Made by a program: the position numbers and the translations under genes. From Ostrea edulis (lineage: Eukaryota): a DNA stretch of 64,000 nucleotides. Shown piece after piece: positions 24,152-35,844 of the stretch; position 1 is the first letter of the stretch; each line of letters begins with the position of its first letter. The stretch lies in NCBI RefSeq assembly GCF_947568905.1, contig NC_079167.1, forward strand, positions 7,068,001 to 7,132,000, in the 5' to 3' direction. The notes beneath the pieces are model-generated. The model made no database searches. It was not told where the DNA came from and was given only the letters and a program-made list of their open reading frames with translations.

Positions 24152-25698
24152 AGGACACATCGCATGTTTTTAAACTTTTTAATTTTTTCAGCAAAATTAA
24201 TTCATTTCATGCCTAAAACTACTTTACATGTGTTTTAAAAGAAACAGTTTGCGTAGTTTTCGAGTTTGATAGCGATGAAATTCAAATCTTGCGATATGCA
24301 TATTTTCTTCGATATTTTACGCGCCATTATCTGTGACGTCATATGCGACCTCGAGCGAGAAGATTTGAAAACAGTTGTTAGCCATTTCATAAACAGATTA
24401 GATTTAATTGACAAACAAACAATTATCACATTAACGGTTTGTAAATAACACTGCATTGGGGTGTTTTGTGCCGTTTAAGGGTGTACTTGCTGTCAGTAGA
24501 GATGATTTGGACTGTGTTTTTTTTCAATTTTCGAAGGAAGGTATGAGAGACAAGACGTGAATATTTTTTGTCGGCATAACGACTTTACCATAAAAAAAAC
24601 CCCAGTAGAATTTGTCCCTGTACTTTTTCAAACAAGCTCTTGGACAAAGACGTATATAAACTGCGAGAAAATGGTTCTATCGAAGCTTCGCACTGTTACA
24701 TATAGGCCTACCGCATATGCATTCCGTTCTGCTCTCAAATTCAATACACACTCGCACCAACTGACCTTCACCTTGTAACAACATATAGACAGAACTTTGC
24801 TAGCAGTGTCTACCAATTGGTAGTTTTAAAAACGAAATTTAAAGATAAAAGATAATAGAACTTTCAATTATAAATAATAAAATATGATATTTCCCAACTT
24901 TGAATTGAATTATAATGCGTTCATTTTTTTTTTTAAGGAACGCGTACGTGTTTACAACAACAGCACGCAGCGCTCCCACTTCCTAAGTAACAACGTGTAG
25001 ATAACAAAATATAATGATTAATAAAATTGCTTGAATAAAATAATTTAAAAGTATTGTGATTTTCACAATAAGTTTGATCATTTTTATTATATTTTCCCCC
25101 CCGAAATGCACCCTGTCACAGTAAGCCTAGTTGTCAATACTACATAATCGTATTATAATTTAGGCCTATCTAACTTCTCCAAAAATAAATTTTATAATAA
25201 TTGCACTGTTTATTTTAGAAAAGCAACAACACTAATTACAGTTGTTTACAGAAATGGCATTACCAACTAGTGTTTAGACAGTGATCCCATGTAAACATTA
25301 TTTACTCGCAAATTTCATATTCGCTTTCCTCGCTACATTTGGGTCGCTATTTGTATGCACTGGTGGCTAAAAGATATAAGACTCGGATAATTTGTCAACA
25401 TCGAAATAAATGTTATCCATGGTAAATAAATTAGGCCCCTAAAACCCGAGTTTTTAAAAATATCTAACACTACTATTACAACAAGTTGATCGACGAAGGT
25501 CGCATATGACGTCACTGTACCACGTGACTACCTATCTAATTAACTAGGCTTTTTGAAATCGGGGCTTAGATTTAAGTCCGTATTGTGGCAAATTATCGCA
25601 ATACTTCAATGAACGAACTATTACAATTAATTTCTATAAGCATACGGAAGACAAAATGCATATAATTTTGTATACTTTGAAAACACGACATGTGTCCT
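24152..25698. mobile_element. Non-autonomous Kolobok-type element, TTAA TSD
   Basis: TTAA|AGGACACATCGCATGTTTT ... AAAACACGACATGTGTCCT|TTAA. TIR about 16/19, 5'-RR terminus, no ORF. Confidence 0.8.
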
Positions 25699-25856
25699 TT
25701 AATATGCCAGTACAATGTATCATATATGTTGTTCATAATGTTTATATTACCTTTGAAAAATAAAATAATGAGTGAACTTTAAAAGATAAATTATTAGAAA
25801 AAAGATTGCCACTCCCAAAAAAAAAAATTTTGTAAAAATTGCGCAGTCGCTAAGAG

Positions 25857-25896
25857 GATTGAACCCGGACCGCCCGCATGGCAGTCGAGAACGCTA
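25857..25896 (-). pseudogene. tRNA-Gly(GCC)-derived fragment (SINE-head-like)
   Basis: Minus strand TAGCGTTCTCGACTGCCATGCGGGCGGTCCGGGTTCAATCC resembles the anticodon arm to T arm of tRNA-Gly(GCC). The 5' half is missing. Confidence 0.55.
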
Positions 25897-25903
25897 AACT
25901 GTT

Positions 25904-28660
25904 TTAAATTTCACCTGCATAGTAAGTGATTTCAACTGGAGAGTCACAATCCAAAACCTCTTTTACAATCAATGTTTTGAAATACTTGTGGCCTTGAGGA
26001 ATAAGAGGTGCACCACAAGTATAAACTAACTCCTCCTGGACCCTATCCAAGGAACGACATGTTGGTGTGGATAACCTCTCCTTGCAGTAAATCACTCTTC
26101 TTTTTCCACATTCACTGCAGATAATAAAACTGCCAACTTTGCCTATGATGAAAACAAAATTTATGTTTTTAAAAGATACATAAAGTACAGTGTATAAACA
26201 AACACATTGTGTTTAATTCACTTGTGATATAGGATAATTTGATAATTAGTTCATCAAACATGCGTACAACCAACAAGAATATCCTTGTTCTCTTTGTCCT
26301 TGTCACTGCCTGCCTTTGCACCTGACCGATCTTGATCCGTTGTCTCCTTAATACCATACAGCGAACTGAATGGTAGGTATTCACCTTGTTTAGGGTTGGA
26401 TCTGGAAGCAAGTTCAATGAAGCAAAATTTTCGACTGACATTCTAGGGGGATTTAGTGTGCAGTACCAGCAGTCCACCTGACATTTCTTAATCTGAATTA
26501 GAAAATGAGCAGGTTCTAATCATTGCATCAATAGTAAGAACATGAAGCTATTCAAAATAAATATTATTGTAGTTTAGATAAAAGGCACTATTAACAACCC
26601 AGTATTTTTTCAATGCTTTGATAGTTACCATATAATAGATAATTCAACGTGAAATATACCTGATATGTATATTGCCTTTCCCTACAATGACGGCTGATGA
26701 AGTCCTTCAGTTTATCATTTTTCTTGGCTTTATCCTTGGACTGCAGTTTTTCAAAGATGGCCAACCCTTCCTCCTCTGCCTCAGAGAGTATACTAGAAAT
26801 GTCAGCAATACTTTGAAGTTCATCATCATTTGCAGCATCATGAATTTGTACTGGCTCTTCATGCAGTTTAAGACGACTAAAGCGTTGTTTCAACTGAGCT
26901 GTAACTGGTTCCAAGAATCCATCAAACCTTGCTTGAGACCGCCATCATTCTTTGCAGCTTCCCTAACCTTCTTCATGGTTGAAAGAGATTTAACCAGAAA
27001 TTCCAAAGACTTATCCATCTCCTCTCTCTGGAAACTACAGTGTTGCAGTGCCAAGTTCAGTAAGCTCATCGACCTTTCTGCAGGATTTGCATAACTATTG
27101 GAAGGGGCTGTTCTAGCAGCAATGAGCATATCAAGATCCAAAGCAAAGAAAAGTAGAATGTAAGCAAACTGCACACTCTAGAAATTTGTCCTATGGTCAG
27201 GTCCACCATCTGTGTATACAAACAGAATTGGTTTCTCAAGGTTGACACCATCTTCACTATTCACACTGCGAAGAATTTTGATAGATTCAACCATATGTCT
27301 ATGTGCACTTGAGGGCTGAAATACTTTGTCTTTAACGGTGACATGAAATGTTCCATCATAAAATGAATCTGCAACATTTTCTGGTATGTTCACATGAAAT
27401 AACACAGATGGAACAGCACCATGTATATGAAAGTCATGATGAAGACCTGCAATTTTCACACCATCTGGTACAAGGGCTCTGTTGTGTGGGCGTACTCCTG
27501 TAGAAACTGGTTTACCCGGCTCTCCAATAGGAATTATAGACTTGTCGTCTAAACAAACCATGTTGCAATGATTTTTAAGTCTAACAGCCATTTCTTTCAA
27601 CATCAGAAACTGTTGGAACGCAAATTGAGAGTCTGGATGTTTTTGTCTTAGGATTCTTTGCTGCACAACATACCGAACTTTGAATTCACCAGTATAATTT
27701 ATTGCAGTATTTCTGAATGCATTTGCGGGCCAAAAATTTGAACGCAGCCAGGAAACAGATGGGCATCTTGCATTTGGGCCTAGCCTTTCTCTGATCAGGT
27801 CAACCAGACTTTTAACAGATGTAGCTAAAGGTAAATACATATGAGCACTCTGTCGCCTGTCATGGACTACAGCAACTTCATCCAAGTATCTTAGTAGTTC
27901 AGTCCAAAAAGGTTTAAGTGTTTCATCTTTTGGACGACCATTATTCCTTCGCAAGTCATAAAATAACATGGGGTCATCTGTATTCATGAGAAAGTCAACT
28001 ACTCTTTCATCCACTTCTGCCTGCTTGCTGTGCTCTGCTGCTGAAGAATCTTGGGTCAGGAAATGGTAGGCATTTCTCAATATCGCTGGCTTTATCTTGC
28101 ACGCATATGCATAGTGAACAATGAATTCTTGGCGCATAGCTCTAATGGGAAAATGTGGAAGGTCTTTTTTAATGAAATCAATTGCTCGTAGGTCCATTTC
28201 GTCACGTGTTTTAGTCTCACACTTCCATAGAAAATGAAAATTGCCAAAATAATTTCCATGTAACGTGTAAAGCTTGACATTACAGGATACTGCAAGTCTC
28301 TCATATCAGTGCTTTCTCTCAAAGCGATCTCTTGGTTCATAAGGGTACAAAAATAATGGTTGATACAAATCCAGCACATTTAAATCCTCATAAAGTTTTC
28401 TGTAATTTGAGACTTTCCTGGTCAACTCAATAGTTTTAATTGCCCAGTGGTCTGACAAGGATCTGACAGGTTCCAAAGAAGCGTGATTCTTAGCAGTGGT
28501 TTCTTTCTGACAATTGAGAAATGTTATATATTTATTCAAGCATTCAGCTAACTGTTCACAATCACTCCTAAACGACAAGAACCTTTTGTTGAAGAACCAT
28601 GGCATTGCAGTCATGTCTACCAGTGATGACAAGTGGGACTGTAAATCTTCAGAGTTAAGC
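25904..28660 (-). pseudogene. Large intron-containing DDE-type transposase, Zator-like (tentative superfamily)
   Basis: CLDDKSIIPIGEPG, HHDF...VPSV, KDKVFQPSSAHRH, YTDGGPDHRTNF, ARTAP..SYANPAERSMS, C-terminal CSECGKKRVIY...YTCG...LDC..PVEITYY. In-frame stops at 28306 and 27178, frameshift near 26900. Confidence 0.7.
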
Positions 28661-28879
28661 TGAAAATTAATAAAAACAAATCGGAAATATTAAAGCTGTA
28701 TGATCCGGTGTTCATGTATCATTTTTGTACAGAGGTTTTTTTTTTTTGGTTTTTTTTTACTATATATATATATATATATATTTTATTTGGAAGCATACAA
28801 TTTTGGTTGGGATAAAATATCCTAGGATATTCCCACTTATTCCTCACCTATGGTGCCAAGAGCCCATTGGATTGGATGT

Positions 28880-29014
28880 NNNNNNNNNNNNNNNNNNNNN
28901 NNNNNNNNNNNNNNNNNNNNNNNNNNNNNNNNNNNNNNNNNNNNNNNNNNNNNNNNNNNNNNNNNNNNNNNNNNNNNNNNNNNNNNNNNNNNNNNNNNNN
29001 NNNNNNNNNNNNNN
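28880..29014. other. Assembly gap (135 N)
   Basis: Run of N. Confidence 1.
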
Positions 29015-30523
29015 TACATTAAAGCAGATTAATCAGTTTTTAAAGTTATGAACTTTCCCTTAATTAAATGCGTGAAAACATTTGCATGTAAAAGAAAACA
29101 GTGAGAAGATTATTTCAAACGTAAATATAGTGGTTATATTATACATAGTTTGTTTAAGCATCTATAAATAGCCCCACGCACGTCAGGGGAATACCAACAC
29201 GATGTAGGTCTATATAACTCTGATGCACAATTCTGTTTAACTTTAATACTGAAAGAGTGTAAAACAATGAATTACTACTAAGTATTTGATAATTTTATTT
29301 CTCTTAAACTTATGGCAAGGTATGGTTGTAACAAAATACTCAGCTTTACACAGATAAGACGACCAATGATCTGAAAGTTTGAACTGGTCATATGACTGTT
29401 ATTTGAAATGGCCGAGTGACGGTTGTTTGTAAACACCAATATAAAATCAAATAATTCTGGTCAAAACAGGTGAAATAATTAATGTATGACATGTCGTACA
29501 GCCTCATAAATACATATATGCGATGATTTAACAGCGTTTTTACAAGGTGGAAATTTTTTTCGAAATTTGGACCATACAACTTTTGAGACTTCTATCTGAA
29601 ATAATGCAACAGTTTTAATACTCGGTATTGAATTTATATTATCAAAATAAACCTACCATTGGCTCCTTTCTTTTCTGCACATGCCAGTTGTTGTATCCCA
29701 CAAATGAGCTATTTATTACCCCAAAAACAACAGAGAGAATCTTGAATTTCATCTTTTAATCTAATACTTAAAATTTTGCCTTTAGGGCTCATGCAGCTAG
29801 GTAATATATTACACAGTATTTATCAGCAGCACCGAAAAAGAAAACTCAAGTTATGATTGAGACAAGATAGAAATTACTTTGTGGAATTGGATAAACTACA
29901 GGCTGAGAGCAAGTGAAACTTGCCTATATGAAACATGCTCACTAGCACCTGATACATGAAGGCTGAGGGCAAGGAATGCTTGCCTATATGAGCTATGTCC
30001 ACTAGCATGAAACATGCTCACTAGCACCTGATACATGAAGGTTGAGGACAAGGAATGCTTGCCTATATGAGCTATGTCCACTATCACCTGTGTAAGGAGC
30101 AGAGTAATCCTACCTGAGTAGAGCAATGCTTGCCCAGGATGCGATTGATAATTATCATAACAGGAGTACTCTGAAAGGATGCTGAATGATAAATGTACAT
30201 TATCCCATGCTTGGGAGAAGTCAAATGGTAAACGTACCATGAAGTAATATGCCAAATATGCAGGTGAGTAACAGCTGCATAAGCCCCAAGTATGGGATTG
30301 ATATATAGTGTTGCAAAGAAGTTCATTTGCTTGAAGTACTATATGCTTCCGAAACTACCGTTACTATGCAGTTTACAGGTACTGACAGATAGGAACACAA
30401 AACACTATTTCACATACACTAGAGAGTCCATCTACGTTACTTGTTAGAATTATATCTATGGAAATAATTCAGGAATCTACTAGACTAAACAATGGTTACA
30501 ATTCTATGTTCTACAGATGATAT

Positions 30524-31011
30524 TTACATTTTGTTAAGGGTAGTAGGAGTAGCCAAACTACTTTGAGCATCTTTAACCACATCCTCTGAAGTTCGGATAT
30601 ATCGTCTATAGCAGTCAGATGACCACCTTCCCAAAGTTTTTATTAAGTGATCTTCCATTCTTGCTGATGCTGCTGATGTTGCAGCCCCTATTCTAAAAGA
30701 ATATTATGTCCATTATATTTGCTAGAATCATATCCAATTTTTTCAAGAATGTTTTTCAAATATTCAATGAAATATGTCCATAGTTACTGGCAAATTACAG
30801 TTTGTAACAAAAAATGGCTGTTTGGGCAATGCATTTGAAAAATTCCTAATTTGCTTGTACAGGCATGTAACAGGACAAATATTTTTTTCATTCATATGTA
30901 ATACAACTGTAGTACCTTTGTGAAAACGATCTGTTTTTTATCGTTTTAGAAATATTCTTACACATCTTTTCTCTACCAAAATGTCTCCACAAGTCAAATA
31001 GTATTCAGGGC
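30524..31011 (-). pseudogene. 3' half of an older Ngaro-type YR gene (5' half at 37554-38072)
   Basis: Manual translation: PEYYLTCGDI...KTDRFHKG...SFRIGAATSAASARMEDHLIKTLGRWSSDCYRRYIRT, with stops and frameshifts. Missed by the ORF track. Confidence 0.9.
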
Positions 31012-31918
31012 TTTATACACAACCACCAGACAGTCAGAGTTTAACATTTATTTACATATCCAACTGAAAACTCATATTGATTACTAACATACATGCCTAC
31101 ATCAGAAGAACATACAATATGTACAAAACAACAAAAAATAAAATACAGTTTGGCGTTCTGGGGGCTTCTCATTCTTATAACTCCAATACTACATAACTAT
31201 ATGTACTCTACTCTACTCTACACTAACTCTAGTGAACTAGCCTTGGGCTGATCCCAGCAGGTCACGTACGACCATCTGGACTAAAACCACAACTAAGCAA
31301 CTGGCTGATCCCAGTGAGCTACCCCGGGTTGATCCCAACGGGTCCAAAAGGAGTGATGAAGCTCCGGGCTGATCCCAAGGAGCTACCCGCGACTGAATCT
31401 AGCGGGTTAAAGAACACAAAAAACAAGCTCCGGGCTGATCCCAAGGAGCTGCCCGGGGTGATCCCAGCGGGCGAGAAAACAGACTGAAGCTCCGGGCTGA
31501 TCCCAGGGAGCTGAATGAGCAAATCCCCATGCATGCAAAACTGAATGGAAATGAAGCTCCGGGCTGATCCCAGGGAGCTTACCCGGGGCTGATCCCAGCG
31601 GGTAACCAACAAACCCGAATACAAATCCAATGAAGCTCGAGCTGATCTGTGAGCTTAACCATGTATATACAGAGAAACATAGACGTGGCCGAGATTCCTG
31701 CCCGAATAACGTGTCAACCTAATATCTACAATATACCGCCTGCCAACATAATTCATATACAGGTTCTAATACAATACATGTACATATAAACAAATAATGT
31801 ATGTAATAAGTAAATAATCCCTTGGGGGCAAAATTCCCCCAGGAATGAACAATCCCTTGGGGGCAAAATTCCCCCAGGAATGAACGCCATGAACAAAAGG
31901 AATGAGGAGCCCCAATAA
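31012..31918 (-). repeat. Split direct repeat B2
   Basis: Matches 32218-33093, but carries an extra tandem copy of a 35-bp unit (AATCCCTTGGGGGCAAAATTCCCCCAGGAATGAAC). Confidence 0.93.
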
Positions 31919-31980
31919 GAGAAGAGAGCCGGGGAAGTTGATGGGGAAGGTGGGTGGGTAGCTGCTGTTACTTTCAGTCT

Positions 31981-32217
31981 CCTACAAGGCTATACAATGA
32001 ACTTAATCAGCATCCCCCTCTAGGCATCAATGCTCCCGGCTACTCTAATCTGATTGGTCATCTAATTACACTGACCAATACCAAATCTAATTTTAGAATC
32101 GATATGATAAATAAAAACAAAGCAACATCAAATATCCTAATTAAACATAGTTAGCTAAGTACAGGAAAAGGAAACCAACGTTGTGTATAAATAATAATTT
32201 AATAAATCAAATTTCAA
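31981..32217 (-). repeat. Split direct repeat A2
   Basis: Identical by eye to 37317-37553. Confidence 0.95.
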
Positions 32218-33093
32218 TTTATACACAACCACCAGACAGTCAGAGTTTAACATTTATTTACATATCCAACTGAAAACTCATATTGATTACTAACATACAT
32301 GCCTACATCAGAAGAACATACAATATGTACAAAACAACAAAAAATAAAATACAGTTTGGCGTTCTGGGGGCTTCTCATTCTTATAACTCCAATACTACAT
32401 AACTATATGTACTCTACTCTACTCTACACTAACTCTAGTGAACTAGCCTTGGGCTGATCCCAGCAGGTCACGTACGACCATCTGGACTAAAACCACAACT
32501 AAGCAACTGGCTGATCCCAGTGAGCTACCCCGGGTTGATCCCAACGGGTCCAAAAGGAGTGATGAAGCTCCGGGCTGATCCCAAGGAGCTACCCGCGACT
32601 GAATCTAGCGGGTTAAAGAACACAAAAAACAAGCTCCGGGCTGATCCCAAGGAGCTGCCCGGGGTGATCCCAGCGGGCGAGAAAACAGACTGAAGCTCCG
32701 GGCTGATCCCAGGGAGCTGAATGAGCAAATCCCCATGCATGCAAAACTGAATGGAAATGAAGCTCCGGGCTGATCCCAGGGAGCTTACCCGGGGCTGATC
32801 CCAGCGGGTAACCAACAAACCCGAATACAAATCCAATGAAGCTCGAGCTGATCTGTGAGCTTAACCATGTATATACAGAGAAACATAGACGTGGCCGAGA
32901 TTCCTGCCCGAATAACGTGTCAACCTAATATCTACAATATACCGCCTGCCAACATAATTCATATACAGGTTCTAATACAATACATGTACATATAAACAAA
33001 TAATGTATGTAATAAGTAAATAATCCCTTGGGGGCAAAATTCCCCCAGGAATGAACGCCAAATGAACGAAAGGAATGAGTGAAGCCCCCAAGA
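32218..33093 (-). repeat. Split direct repeat B1
   Basis: Begins TTTATACACAACC exactly as at 31012. Confidence 0.93.
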
Positions 33094-33106
33094 ACCGGTA
33101 GTCATG

Positions 33107-33145
<39 letters not shown>

Positions 33146-33214
33146 TAACATGTAATAATAATAGGCTCATGTACACAGTAGAAAAAAAAAAAAAAAAAAA
33201 AAAGAAACAACATA

Positions 33215-34222
33215 TTACAAATATGACATTTGTACTTGTGCTTTTTGAACAGCCTCTACATCTGTTCTAATATATCTGTTGTAGCAGTCTGAAGACCAAC
33301 GACCTAATTCTTTAATAACATGATCTTCAACACCAGCTGCAGCCGCTGCTGTAGCTGCACCTATCCTAAAAGAATGACCTGAAAATTTGTTATCATCATA
33401 TCCAATCCGAAGGAGTATCTCTTTCAGTTGCAGAACAAAAGTGTCTCTTGGCATGGGTTTAAGGTTAAATTCATTGTCTACAAATAATGGCGATTTGCCA
33501 GTGTTTGAACTAAACAGAGATTTGCGAGCATCTAAATATGATATCATGGTGTACACCGGTTTAAAGTGGTCATTTTCAAAAATAACAATTTCAACACCTT
33601 TTGAAAATGGATCTGTTTTGGAGGTTCTTAATTTCAAAACAAAAGCACTTCCTCCTGGTTTAATATGTACATCTGAGATTTGTAAAAATTGTTCTACATT
33701 CTGAGATTTGCATGTGATTTCACCACATCTCAAAAAACCAAAAAATGCACATGAATACATACATTTTAACATGAGATCTACAAAAGGAGAAAAAACTCCC
33801 TGGTCTAAAACATTCCATATTTGTGCTAAAATTCTTGTAGTAATAGGAAAACGCTTGTGATGGACATTTGACTGTAATCTTTTAACACCTCTTAACACAT
33901 AATGCAACTGATCGCATCCTTTCAAGACATCGCCCAATCCAGACTTAATATAGTGAAACCTAATGCCAGCAAGATATAATTTAATGGTGTCATGTTTCAA
34001 TTTCAGCACCGATTTACAATGTGTCACAAAATAAACAAGGTCTGATTCTTGTATGAGAGGTAACCCATGCTTGGAGAACTTAGCACCATTCATAATCATA
34101 AAGTTCTGAAAACACTGTAAGGCTGAAGAATATGTCTTGCGAGTTGACTGGTTCAGTGAAGCTTCCCAAAGTCCCTGCAACTCCTGATCTAGTCTGTCAT
34201 CATCACCGAATGATGCACGCAA
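33215..34222 (-). CDS. Tyrosine recombinase of Ngaro element 2, 335 aa, intact
   Basis: AFFGFLRCGEI (R), SKTDPF (K), GHSFRIGAAT (HxxR), LGRWSSDCYNRYIR (W, Y). Confidence 0.95.
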   Translation of the reverse strand: MRASFGDDDRLDQELQGLWEASLNQSTRKTYSSALQCFQNFMIMNGAKFSKHGLPLIQESDLVYFVTHCKSVLKLKHDTIKLYLAGIRFHYIKSGLGDVLKGCDQLHYVLRGVKRLQSNVHHKRFPITTRILAQIWNVLDQGVFSPFVDLMLKCMYSCAFFGFLRCGEITCKSQNVEQFLQISDVHIKPGGSAFVLKLRTSKTDPFSKGVEIVIFENDHFKPVYTMISYLDARKSLFSSNTGKSPLFVDNEFNLKPMPRDTFVLQLKEILLRIGYDDNKFSGHSFRIGAATAAAAAGVEDHVIKELGRWSSDCYNRYIRTDVEAVQKAQVQMSYL

Positions 34223-35844
34223 GGCACTGGAAAGGGGTTGGCTTGGGGAGCTAAGGTTCGGAATCTCTGCATCTGGAAACGAGAGAGAGAGTCAGCAATA
34301 CAGTTTTTTGTACCTTCAATATGCTTAGCATGAATGATATAATGGTTGCTAGCCGCGTGAAAAGTCAAAGTTCTCATAAGTTTCATTATGCTTTTAATTT
34401 TCGAACGTCCCTTGCATATAATATCTACGGTTGCTCTGTTATCACAATGAAACAAAATGCGCTTCCTTTTCCATTTATCGCCCCACAGAAGACATGCCAT
34501 CACTATGGGGTAGAGTTCAAAGAAGGCCATTGATGTCTTCTCTTGCAAAATTTCTTTGGGAAAATATCCTTGAAACCAGTCATTCTGGTAAAATCCACCA
34601 AAGGAAGATGGGGTGGCATCCGTGAAAAGTTGAATATCTGCTGCATTCACAATGTCATCATTGATGAAAAAAGAAACGCCATTCCATGAACGAAGGAATT
34701 TAGCCCACATAGTGAGATCTGCTCGGCACATACTGTCTAACTGAATATGGTAATGTAATGGTTCTACAGTTGTGGATAGAGCGATAAGGTGTGAAATAAA
34801 AGATCGTCCTGGTAGGATTACTCTACATGCAAAGTTTAAGTGTCCAAGTAAACTAAGTAATTCCCTTTTTGTACAGGATTTGCGGTGCAGGAACGATTCC
34901 ACTATTTCTGAGATGCGATCAATCTTGTCCTTAGGTAACCTTGCTATCATGTTGAAAGAATCCAAGTAGATACCCAAGTATTCCAATTCCGTATTTGGGC
35001 CTTCAGTCTTTTTAACCGACAGTGGAATCCCCAAGTCTTTGAAAAGGCTAAGCAGCTTTAGCTTAATTTCGGTAGCATTCGAGTCTGGAGGAACGACTAC
35101 TAGGAAATCATCAAGTAGGTGTAGAATATTGGGCATTTGGTATTTGTGTGTAGCAATCCAGCACACTGCAAAGGACAAGCTATCAAAAATTTTGGGACTT
35201 GAACGACTTCCAAATACTAAACGTTTGTAAAAATAATATTGGTTTTCCCACTTAACACCATGAAAGGGCCACAATTGAAGGCAGATAGGCATTATTTTAA
35301 ATGCATCTGTGATATCGGTTTTTATCAACATAGAATTCTTTCCACATTTTTTGATAAGCTGTATAGCATCGTCTATGGTCACATAGCTGAGAGAAAAGTC
35401 TTCTTTGTTGATCAAGTCATTCAAGCTAGGATTATCTAAGTCATTATGAGGCGCCGACATGTCCACGATGAGTCTCTTTTTCTTAGAATATTTACTAATT
35501 GCTATACCAATTGGATTTATACGGTAATGAGGAAAAGGAATATCTGTAAAGGGACCCAATAGGTAACCCTTGTCAACTTCCTGTTGTAGTAGTTCCGTTA
35601 CACTGTTGGAATACTGAATCGCCGACTTGAGATTTTTACATTCAAAGTTATTGTTTGGAATATTTTTGAACCCCGTGTAAAAGCCACATCGTAATCCATT
35701 AATCAAATACTGTGTGAAATCCCTATCTGGGTGGTCTATCAGCAGATCTTGTAGTATATCTATCTGCACTGGTGTCGTTATTTCGAAGTCGAAATTTCCC
35801 TCTGTGGCTTCTGGTGAGTGGAGGCCCCAAAGAACTGGGGCCAA
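34189..35844 (-). CDS. Reverse transcriptase/RNase H of Ngaro element 2, 551 aa, intact
   Basis: RLIVDMSAP, KTDITDAFKI, FGSRSSPKIF, HLLDDF; RNase H LFTDAT, AFFELYPI, HCDNRATV, NCIADSLSR. Confidence 0.95.
   Translation of the reverse strand: MAPVLWGLHSPEATEGNFDFEITTPVQIDILQDLLIDHPDRDFTQYLINGLRCGFYTGFKNIPNNNFECKNLKSAIQYSNSVTELLQQEVDKGYLLGPFTDIPFPHYRINPIGIAISKYSKKKRLIVDMSAPHNDLDNPSLNDLINKEDFSLSYVTIDDAIQLIKKCGKNSMLIKTDITDAFKIMPICLQLWPFHGVKWENQYYFYKRLVFGSRSSPKIFDSLSFAVCWIATHKYQMPNILHLLDDFLVVVPPDSNATEIKLKLLSLFKDLGIPLSVKKTEGPNTELEYLGIYLDSFNMIARLPKDKIDRISEIVESFLHRKSCTKRELLSLLGHLNFACRVILPGRSFISHLIALSTTVEPLHYHIQLDSMCRADLTMWAKFLRSWNGVSFFINDDIVNAADIQLFTDATPSSFGGFYQNDWFQGYFPKEILQEKTSMAFFELYPIVMACLLWGDKWKRKRILFHCDNRATVDIICKGRSKIKSIMKLMRTLTFHAASNHYIIHAKHIEGTKNCIADSLSRFQMQRFRTLAPQANPFPVPCVHHSVMMTD

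Noticed and set aside
31319-32836. Two identical 103-aa ORFs (31319-31630, 32525-32836)
   Set aside because: They lie within repeats B2 and B1 and read through the hairpin array; no recognisable domain.
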